A stretch of DNA of 64,000 nucleotides from the human T2T-CHM13v2.0 reference genome, Homo sapiens, in the NCBI GenBank assembly GCA_009914755.4, contig CP068257.2, positions 39,744,001 to 39,808,000 on the forward strand. The letters are read 5' to 3'. Made by a program: the position numbers and the translations under genes. Below, piece by piece: positions 53,976 to 64,000 of this stretch. Under the pieces are notes generated by a model. The model did not search any database and was not told the origin of the DNA. It saw nothing but the letters and a program-made list of their open reading frames with translations. Within the stretch, counting starts at the first letter, position 1, and each line of letters opens with the position of its first letter.

Positions 53976-55999
53976 CACACCAGTGATCATCATTATGGGT
54001 AATTTTCTTTTCTTCTTCATGTTTTCCTGTATGTTTCAAATGATGAACATATAGATTCCTTAATAAAAAGGCAATAGAATAAATATCATTGCTGATTTGT
54101 TTTAAAACCCAAGTTTGAGATGGAAAGAGTGCCTCAAAAACATTCAGCTTTGTTCAGGGGTACAGACGAGAAAGATTACGTGAATTTCTTTCTTCATTTG
54201 CTGTAAAAGATGTTGGAAAAGAAAGTTCAAGTCAAAAATCACAGCTTGACCAGCATCCCCAAGAGCTCTCTTGCAGAGGTCTCTTTGATTTGTGTTCAAA
54301 TGCTAGTGTATTAGTCTGCTATAGCTGCCATAACAAATATCACATGCTGGGTGGCTTAAGCTACAGAAATTTATTTCCTCCCACCTCCAGAGGCTGGAAG
54401 TGTCTGAGATCAAAGTGTTGCTAGTTTGGTTTCTCCTGAGGTTTCTCTCCTTGGCTTGCAGACTGCCACCTTCTCACCAGGCCTATGCTTGGCCTCTCTC
54501 TTTTCTCTTACAAGGATCCCAGTCCTCTTGAATCAGGTCCCCACCCTTAGGGCTTCATTTAAGCTTGATCACCTCTTTAAAGACCCTACCTCCAAATGCA
54601 GTCACATTGGGAGTTAAGGCATCAGCATATGAATTTGAGGGTGGGGGCATAATTTGTTCCATTACAGCAAGTAAGAAAATAGACATGTGCATTCTGAACA
54701 CAAAACTCGAGCAATGACCAAAAACTTGGAAAAAGGTATCTCTAATTCAAAAGGCAGCAGATCTGGCCTGAAGCAAACCAGATGATCATGGAAAGGCTGA
54801 CATTGATCGATTGCTTGCAATCCTCCAAACGTGGAATTTGGGAATATGTTCCAGTTATCTATTGTTGTGTAACAATCACCCCAAAACTTAATGGCTTAAA
54901 ACAGCAGATGTATTCTTTCTCTGGATTCTGTGGGAAGTCTGTGTTGTTCCTCTGTGTGTCTCACCTGGGCTCACCCATGCGTCACAGTCACACAGAAGCT
55001 AGACAAGGCTGGGAGGTCCAAGGGAGCCTCACTCTTCAAACTACATTTCCATAAGGAACACTTGGGTTTCATTAGCACTGATTTCCAAAAGTAAGAATGT
55101 CAACCTAAAAGGAAGAAGCTGGCTATTTTTTTTTTTTCAGAGGGAAAATGGTGGGTAAGAAGCAGGACTAATGTGCAGTTTCCACTTGGATGGATAGAAC
55201 AGCATGTGGAGACTCACATTGTGAGCTTTTTCTCCAAGAACCACCACAGGAACATACCAGGAAAACCAAAAGAATTCACAGACCCTTTGAACAAAGTGGC
55301 TTGTCACTGCAAACACTGTGAGACAGCCAAAAAACTGTGAGCACCCGAAATGTAAGAGGGGAAAGCATCTCCAAACACACATCCTCACTGGGGAACCCAA
55401 AAATCCAGATCAGAGGGGAAGGATTTAACAGTATCTAGAGCTGAAATAAATTTAGAGAGCCGAGTGAAATATAAAAGTAGTAGAAGCAGTGGGAAGAGCC
55501 CTGCAGGCACTCCTGGTCCCCAGGGAAACCCAGGGAAGCCATTTCTGACTTTAATCTCACAGGGGTCCCTGGGGAGGGCAGCCAGTGGAAGTGGGGAAGG
55601 GCCACAGGGAGGAGACTTCCAGCTGAACTTTGTAATAATGCTGACTGATCGTGAGTTTTCCTGGACAGCATCCAGGGCAGGGAGAAGGGGAAATGGGAAG
55701 TGCAGGTAGGAGCACAGAAGCCATGACGGGGAGGGGAGGGGCATGGCCTGAAAGCCCTGCTTGCTTTCTCAATAGGGAGGCTTGTAACCTGCGGCAAGAT
55801 CTCAGTCCTGCGCACTACAGGCATGGATATAAAATCGGCTCTGTTGGATGTTGGGGGAGCATGGTGGGAGTGAGACTGGCCTTCTTGGCTGCATGGAAGC
55901 TGGATGAGACCTGTCACTGCCAGCTTTCCCTCACCTTCCTGGTGTCCTGTATGACACAGCAGAAGCAGACATAATCCCCCTGGGAATGTATCTCCATAA

Positions 56000-58900
56000 G
56001 CCTGAGAAGCACACCCCATCACTCACAGCAGCCATAACAAGCTCTGCCCAAGGAGAATCTGAGCTCAGACATGCCTAACCCTGCCCCACCTGATGGTCTT
56101 TCTCTACCTGCCCTGGTATTCAAAGACAAAAGACATAATCTCGTGGGAGCTCTACGGCCCCACCCATCACTTAAGAAACAGAAATACTTACCCAGGCAAC
56201 CTTAGGGCAAGCTTGTATCCTCCCTATACTGTGGCAGCTATTGCCCTCTTTGTAGCGCCACCTCTTGGCTGGAGGCCAACCCACTCAAGCCATTACAGCA
56301 ACTCATAACAGAACAACCCTGCCCCTAGAGAAAAAGAAAACAACAGCTAATTCCACTGCCTGTAATATCCTGGCTAGCCAGAGGTCCTGAATCTGTCCAC
56401 ATGACAACTTCACTGCTAGCATAACCAGCATTTGAGAAAACCAGCACACTAAACAAAATTACAAGCAAGGACACTCACAGAGCCCACTTCACTCCCCTGC
56501 TACCTCCACCAGGGCAGGTGCTGGTATCTGTGGCTGAGAGACCTAAAGACGTATCACATCACAGGGCTTTTTTCACACTCTCAGTACCAGCTCAGAGCCT
56601 GGTAGCTCCACTAGGTGGCTAGACCTTGAAGAGCAGTAACAATCACTGCTGTCCAGCTCTCAGGAAGTCCCATTCCTAGGAGAAGGGGGAGAGCGCCACA
56701 TCAAAGGATCACCCTGTGGGACAAAAGAATCTAAACAGCAGCCCTTGAGTCCCAGATCTTTCCTCTGACATAGTCTGCCCAAATGAGAAGGAACCAGAAA
56801 AACAATTCTGGTAATATGACAAAACAAGGTTCTTTAACACCCTCAAAAGATCACACCAGCTTACCAGCAATGGATCCAAACCAAGAATAAATCTCTGAAT
56901 TCCTAGAAAAAGAATTTAGAAGGTTGATTATTAAGCTACTCAAGGAGGCACGAGAAAGGTAAATACTAACTAAAAGAAATTTACAAAATAATACAGAATA
57001 TGAATGAAAAAATCTCCAGAGAACTAGATAACATAAATAAAAAACAATCACAACTTCTGAAAATTGAAGACACACTTAAAGAGAAATGGAAAACACACTG
57101 GAAAAAGTTTCAACAATTGATTGAAACAAGCAGAAGAAAGAACTTCAGAGCTCAGACACAAGGCTTTCAAATTAACCCAATCTGACAAAGACAAAGAAAA
57201 AAATAATTGTAATGAACAAAGCCTCAGAGAAGTTTGGGATTATGTTAAACAACCAAACTTAAGAATAATTGGTGTTCCTGAGTAAGAAGAAAAATATAAA
57301 AGTTTGAAAAACTTATTTGAGGAAATAATTGAGAAACAATTACCTGATGTTGCTAAAGATCTAGACATCCAACTACAAGAAGCTCTAAGAACACCTGGGA
57401 AATTCACTGCAAATAGATCATCACCTGGGCACATAGTCGCCAGGTTATCTAAAGTTAAGACAATGGAAAGAATCTTAAGAGGCATAAGGCAAAAGCATTA
57501 GGGTGAAAGAAAAACCTATCACATTAACAGCAGATTTCTCAGCAGAAACACTACAAGCTAGAAAGGAATGGGGTCCTATCTTTAGCCTCCTTAAACAAAA
57601 TAATTATCAGCCAAGAATTTTGTATCCAGCAAAACTAAGCTTCATAAATGAAGGAGAAATAGTCTTTTTCAGACAGACAAATGCTGAGAGAATTCACCAT
57701 TACCAAGCCGGCACTACAAGAACTACTAAAAGGAATTCTAAATCTCGAAACAAAACATGGAAATACACCAAAATAGAACCTCCTTAAATTATAAATCTCA
57801 CATGGTCTATAAAACAGCAACACAATGGAAAAAAAAAACAACGTATTCAGACAACTAGCATAATAAATAGAATAGTACCTCACATCTCAACACTAACGTT
57901 GAATGTAAACGGCCTAAATGCTTCATTTAAAAGATACAGAATTGCAGAATGGATAAGAATTCACCAACCAAGTATCTACTGTCTTCAAGAGAAACATCAA
58001 ATGCATAAAAACGCACAAAACTTAAGGTAAAGGGGTGGAAAAAGATATTCCATGCAAATAGACACCAAAAGCAAGCAGGAGTAGCTATTCTTATATCAGA
58101 CAAAACAGATTTTAAAGCAACAACAGTTTAAAAAAAAAAGACAAAAGAGGGACATTATATAATGATAAAAGGACTAGTCCAACAGGAAAATATCACAATC
58201 CTAAATACATATGCACCTAACACTGGAGCTCCCAAATTTATAAAACAATTACGACTAGACCTAAGAAACAAGATAGACAGCAACACAATAATAGTGGGGG
58301 ATTTCAATACTCCACTGACAGCACTAGACAGGTCATCAAGACAGAAAGTCAACAAAGAAACAATGGACTTAAACTATACCCTAGAACAAATGGACTTAAC
58401 AAATATGTACAGAATATTCTAACCAACAATATACATTATATTCATCAGCACATGCAACATTCTCCAAGGTAGACCGTATGATAGTCACAAAACAAGTCTC
58501 AATAAATTTAAGAAAATTGGAATTATATCATGCGCTCTCTCGGACCACAGTGGAATAAAATTGGAAATCAACTCCAAAAGGAACTCTCAAAACCACGCAA
58601 ACACATGGAAATTAAATAATCTGCTCCTGAATGATTGTTGGGTCAAGCATGAAATCAAGATGGTAATTAAAAAATTCTTTGAACTGAATGATAATAATAG
58701 TGACACAACCTGTCAAAACCTCTGGGATACAGCAAAACTGGTGCTAAGATGAAAGACCATAGCATTAAATACCTACATCAAAAATAGACAAGCACAAATG
58801 GACAATCTTAAGTCACACCTTAAGGAACTAGAGAAACAAGAACAAAACAAACCCAAACCCAGAAGAAGAAAAGAAATAAAGATCAGAGCAGAACTAAATG

Positions 58901-61900
58901 AAATTGAAACAAAAAAATACAAAAGATAAATGAAACAAAAAGCTTGTTCTTTGAAAAGATAAATGTTGATAGACCATTAGCAAGATTAACCAAGAAAAGA
59001 AGAGAGAGTATCCAAATAAGCTCAATCAGAAATGAAATAGGAGATAATACAACCAATAGCACAGAAATACAAAAGATCATTCAAGGATACTACGAACACT
59101 TTTATCCACACAAACGAGAAAATTTAGAGGAGATGGATAAATTACTGGAAATATACAACCCTCCTAGATTAAACCAGGAAGAAATAGAAACTCTGAACAG
59201 ACTAATAACAAGGAGCAAGATTGAAATCTTGGCAATTTAAAAACTTGAAACTATTCTAAAAGATAGAGAAAGAGGGAATCCTCCCTAAATCATTCTATGA
59301 AGCCAGTATCACCCTAATACCAAAACCAGGAAAGGACATAACAAAAAAAGAAAACTATAGACCAATATCTCTGATGAAATACGTAAAAATCCTCAACAAA
59401 ATACTAGGTAACCAAATCCAACAGCATATCGAAAAGAATCCACCATGGTCAAGTGGGTTTTATACCATGGATCCAGGGATGTTTTAACATATGCAAGTCA
59501 ATAAATGTGATACACCACATAAACAGAATTAAAAACAAAAATCACATAAGCATCTCAATAGATGCAGAAAAAACATTTGACAAAATCCAGCATCCCTTTA
59601 TGATTAAAACCCTCAGCAAAATCAGCATAGAAAGGACATACCTTAAGGTAATAAAAGCTATCCATGACAAACCCACAGCCAACATTATACTGAACGTGGA
59701 AAAGTTGAAAGCATTCCCCCTGAGAACTGGAGCAAGATAAGGATGCCCACTTTCACCACTTGTATCTATTCAACATCGTACTGGGAGTCCTAGCCAGAGC
59801 AATCAGACAAGAGAAAGAAATAAAAGGCATCCACATCAGTAAAGAGTAAGTCAAATTATCACTGTTCACCAATGATATGATTATATACCTAGAAAACCTT
59901 AAAATACTTGTCCAAAAAGCTCTTAGATCTGATAAATGAATTCAGTAAAGTTTCAGGATACAAAATCAATGTACACAAATCAATAGCACTTCTATACACC
60001 AACAGTGACCAAGCTGAGAGCTGAGAGTGAAATCAAGAACTCAACCCCTTTCACAATAGCTGCAAAAAAAAATGAACAAACAAACTTAGGAATATACTTA
60101 ACCAAGGAAGTGAAAGACCTCTATAAGGAAAACTACAAAATCCTGCTGAAAGAAATCATAGATGTCACAAACAAATGGAAACATATCCCATGCACATGGA
60201 TGGATAGAATCAATATTGTGAATATGACCACAATGCCAAAAGCAATCTACAAATTCAGTGCAATTCCCATGAAAATACAACCATCATTCTTCACAGAACT
60301 AGAAAAAACATTCTTAACATTCATATGGAACCAAAAAAGGAGCCCGCATAGCCAAAGCAAAACTAAGCAAAAAGAATAAACCTGGAGGCATCATATTACC
60401 CAACTTCAAACTATACTACAAGGCTATAGTCCCCAAAACAGCATGATACTGATATAAAAATAGGCACATAGACCAATGGAACAGAATACATAACCCAGAA
60501 ATAAAGCCAAATACTTATAGCTGACTGAACTTTGACAAAGCAAACAAAAGCATAAAGTGGGGAAAGGACACCCTATTCAACACATGGTGCTGGGATAATT
60601 GGCAAGCTACATGTAGAAGAATGAAACTGGATCCTCATATCTTGCCTTATACAAAAGTCAACTCAAGATGGATCAAAGACTTAAATCTAGGACCTAAAAC
60701 CATAAAAATTCTAGAAGATAACATTGGAAAAACCCTTGTAGACATTGGCTTAGGCAAAGAGTTCATGACCAAGAACCCAAAAGCAAATGCAACAAAAATG
60801 AAGACAAATGGATCGGACTTAATTAAGCTGAAAAGCTTCTACACAGCAAAAGAAATAATTAGCAGAGTAAATAGACAACATACAGAGTGGGAGAAAATTT
60901 TGCAAACTATGCAGCCAACGAAGGGCTAATATCCAGAATCTACAAGGAACTCAAACAAATCAGCAAGAAGAAAACAAATACTCCCTCACAAAGTGGGCTA
61001 AGGATGTGAATAGACAATTCTCAAAAGAAGATATACAAATGGCCAACATATAAAAAAAAATCAACATCACTAATTATTAGGAAAATGCAAATCAAAACCA
61101 CAATGGGATACCACCTTACTCCTGCAAGAAGGGCCACAATCAAGAAATCAAAAAATAATAGATGTTGGCATTAATGTGGTGAAAGGGATCACTTTTACAC
61201 TGCTGGCAGGAATGTAAACTAGTACAACCAATGGAAAACAGTAGAGTTTCCTTAAATAACTGAAAGTAGATCTACCATTTGATCCAACAATCCCACTAGT
61301 GGGTATTTAGCCAGTGGAAAATAAGTCATTATATGAAAAAGACACTTGCACACACATGTTTATAGCAGCACAATTCCCCAAGTGCCCACCAATCAACAAG
61401 TGGACAAAATGTTATATATATATGTGTATATATATGTATATATATATAATGTGATATATATGTATATATATAATGTGATATATATGTATATATAATAATG
61501 TGATATATATGTGTATATATAATGTGATATATATGTATATATATATAATGTGATATATATGTATATATATATAATGTGATATATATGTGTGTGTGTATAT
61601 ATATAATGTGATATATATATGTGAATACTACTACTACTACTACTACTACTACTAATACTCAGCCATAAAAAGGAATGAAATAATGGCATTCACAGCAACC
61701 TGGATGGAGTTGGAGACCATTATTCTAAGTGAAGTAACTCGGGAATAAAAACCAAACATTGTATATTCTCACTCATAAGTGAGATTATACAAGCTATGAG
61801 GATGCAAAGTCATAAGAATGATACAATAAACATTGGGAACTCAGGGGGAAGGGTGAGGGTGGGGTGAGGGATAAAAGACTAGACATCGGGTACAGTATAC

Positions 61901-62010
61901 ACTGCTTGGGTGATGGGTGCACCAAAATCCCAGAAATCACGATTAAAGAACTTGTCAATGTAACCAAACACCACCTGTTCCTCAAAAACTATTGAAATAA
62001 AAAATAAATA
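56000..62010 (+). mobile_element. Nearly full-length degenerate L1 (older primate subfamily): 5'UTR, ORF1 remnant, ORF2 remnant, 3'UTR
   Basis: The ORF track shows L1 ORF1p C-terminal peptides (..LSAETLQARKEWGPIFSLLKQNNYQPRILYPAKLSFINEGEI..) at 57304-57787. It shows ORF2 EN/RT-like peptides at 58162-60929, interrupted by stops. The L1 3' end (..cagccataaaaaggaatgaaataatg..ctcataagtgagattatac..) lies at 61660-62010. Confidence 0.85.
61393..61660. repeat. AT-rich minisatellite (aatgtgatatatatgtatatatat units of about 24-28 bp) followed by (TAC)n, lying within the L1
   Basis: Eight or more tandem units, then tactactactactactactactactactaatact. Confidence 0.85.
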
Positions 62011-62220
62011 CATAAAAGAAGTTGAGGTTAAATTAATCTAAGTAGGGAGTGCATTTGGGCCAAGCTTGAGGATTGCAACGTTGGAGCACAGATTTAAGTT
62101 GCCCTGAATCTACACTCTGATAAGTGGCATTTATAAGTGGATTTTTAAAGGCAAAAGGGGGAGACAGGGAGAGGGCTGATACAAAGCTGTTTGTCAGGAA
62201 TTCTTATTGGTTTACAGAAA

Positions 62221-62600
62221 TAACATTGATAAGTGCTTATTAGTCCATTTTCATGCTGCTGATAAAGACATACCTCAGACTGGGCAATTTACAAAAGAAA
62301 GAGGTTTATTGGACCTATAGTTCCACATGGCTGAGGAGGCCTCACAATCATGGTGGAAGGCAAGGAGGAGCAAGTCACATCTTACATGGATGACAGCAGG
62401 AAAAAAGAGAGAGCTTGTGCAGAGAAACTCCCTTTTTTAAAACCATCAGATCTTGTGAGACCCGTTCAGGATCATGAGAACAGCACAGGAAAGACCCACC
62501 CCCAAGATTCAATCATCTCCCACCGGGTCTCTCCCACAACATGAGTGAATTATGGGAGCTACAGGATGAGATTTGGGTGAGGACACAGAGCCAAACCATA
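62221..62600 (-). mobile_element. MaLR LTR (THE1/MST-like)
   Basis: Reverse complement of the THE1/MST consensus (gtgcttattagtccattttcatgctgctgataaagacatacctcagactgggcaatttacaaaagaaagaggtttattgg...gagatttgggtgaggacacagagccaaaccatatca). Confidence 0.75.
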
Positions 62601-63387
62601 TCAGAGTGATTGACTATACATTGTTAAGCTACAGGGTGTGGATTACAGCGTCCAGTGTGGCATTATTAGGTTAATCCATAGCTATTAATACCTGTGGCAA
62701 TAGTAAGAGGTTTCAAGAGATGAACACACAGCTGAAAGTGGGGAGTAGGGAGTGGTTGCTGTCTTATTTTAATGTCTCTCTGGGCCTGATAATTTTAAAA
62801 GCCTTGCATTCTTCGGATACAAGTTCCTTTCTTTTTTTCAAGAACAACAGAGAAAGGCTGCCTGGCTACCTTTACCTGCAGCACCTCTGATAGTGGCTGC
62901 TTGGCAGCTGGTTAGGTAAACCCAATTTCTACTGGATAAACTTCATGGACATTCACCCATGTTAGTACTGGGGAATGCTCTGAAATAGCAAACTTGTCCA
63001 TACAGCTCCCTTGCTGCTCAGAGGGTCTGGAGAGGAACAGCAGAGGCCCAGCCCCAAATACTTCTTGTACCGGCTTCTATTATGAGAGGTGATGGCACCT
63101 TTAGGCACTTATATTTCAGGTAGAAGGAGCAGGAATAAAGAAGAGAGGGCCACAATCTGAAATATCAGTTCTGGATCTCCCTGGGGGCAAGACACTGGCC
63201 CTTAGCTGAGCTATTCTGTCATCACTGTGAGCCCTCATGCTCGACCTCACCGGAGCACCCCTCGATCATGTGCTGAATGCCTAGCACGCGCCTGGCACTG
63301 TGGGGTACAGAAATCTAGAGCACAGAGCTGAGTTTTCAGGGCTTAGCTGTCCTCACATCTGTGACACAAACAAGGATCAAGGAAAGT

Positions 63388-63532
63388 TTTGTTTTTGTTA
63401 TTTTTATTTTTTTTTAAGTTGGGGCCTTACTCTGTAGCCCAAGCTAGAGTGCAGTGGTGCAAACATAGCTCATTGCACCCTCGAACTCCTGGGCTCAAGT
63501 CATCCTCCCACCTTGGCCTCCAGAGTAGCTGG
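63388..63532 (-). mobile_element. Alu monomer-sized fragment (antisense)
   Basis: A T-rich start followed by right-arm reverse-complement motifs. Confidence 0.6.
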
Positions 63533-63952
63533 AAGCCCAGCTCAAGGAAAGCATTAACATGTTCTACTTTTCACCATAACTCCTGTGTATTGGGAAATGG
63601 AAAATGAGCTTTTGAAGTGGCCTATTCGCTTCCTCCATGAGTACTTCCTGAACACTTTCCTCTTGGCCACTGCTCCCAAGACCCCCTCAAAGTCTCTCTC
63701 CTGGACTTCCAGCTTCTGGAATGAGCCCCAAGAGTGGCACTTAGCTCCAGCTCCTAGTAGCTCACTCCTTCCTTGCTCACCTGTGCCCCCCACCTGTCTC
63801 CTTAGGGGCAGTGGCTTTGTCTTACTCATTTGCATATCACAAATGTCCAGCATAGAAGCCAGCATGGGGCCCAGTAAGTGTTTGTGGAGAAAGAAAGGGA
63901 AGAGGTGAAGAAGGGAGGAGACGGAGGGAGAAAAGGAGGGCAAGAGAGGGGA

Positions 63953-63984
63953 TGTCATGTCATGTCATGTCATGTCATGTCAGT
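63953..63984. repeat. (ATGTC)n pentanucleotide microsatellite
   Basis: atgtcatgtcatgtcatgtcatgtcatgtca. Confidence 0.9.
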
Positions 63985-64000
63985 TCTCCCTTCCTAGATC

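Noticed and set aside
55435-56022. 195-aa minus-strand ORF in the MX2–MX1 intergenic region
   Set aside because: It has no homology and no splice or Kozak support. It is adjacent to the L1 5'UTR and is probably a chance ORF.
57304-60929. L1 ORF1/ORF2-like ORFs (e.g. 57304..57501, 57503..57787, 58162..58422, 60005..60379, 60621..60929)
   Set aside because: They are fragments of a degenerate L1 broken by stops and frameshifts. They are not functional genes.
61393-61689. 98-aa ORF with a poly-Ser run and YIYIYI repeats
   Set aside because: It is a translation of the (TAC)n and AT-rich minisatellite.

Overview
This is human genomic DNA from chr21q22.3, not prokaryotic. On the + strand the window contains, in order: the last coding exon of FAM3B (about 1.7 kb), a roughly 4.8 kb intergenic spacer, the whole MX2 (MxB) gene, and about 10 kb of the MX2–MX1 intergenic region. 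MX2 is an interferon-induced dynamin-like GTPase. Its 13 coding exon segments were mapped exon by exon with canonical GT/AG splice sites; their coding lengths sum to exactly 2148 nt, i.e. 715 codons plus a stop. The candidate MX2 promoter at about 6.5 kb carries two tandem Mx-type ISREs, and a probable short non-coding exon 1 donor lies at 6666. The rest is typical primate interspersed repeat: more than 25 Alu elements in both orientations, MaLR LTRs (THE1/MST/MLT1), and L1 3' fragments. There are also microsatellites, an intronic minisatellite, and a nearly full-length degenerate L1 (ORF1/ORF2 remnants) downstream of MX2. None of the long six-frame ORFs outside the MX2 and FAM3B exons looks like a real gene. 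They sit in GC-rich or pyrimidine-rich DNA, in Alu poly(A) tails, in tandem repeats, or antisense to MX2 exons. The observations most worth a second look are: a CpG-island-like Sp1 GC-box cluster inside MX2 intron 1 with a Kozak ATG next to a splice donor; a perfect 12/12 ISRE deep in intron 5; and a G-run minisatellite about 90 bp downstream of the donor of the P-loop exon. Also notable are an AluY about 20 nt from an exon donor with an inverted Alu partner, and a 98%-identical 100-bp duplicated segment in intron 1. Coordinates carry a possible error of ±1–2 nt because they were counted by hand. One local inconsistency between my hand count and the ORF track near 21518 was resolved in favour of the ORF track.
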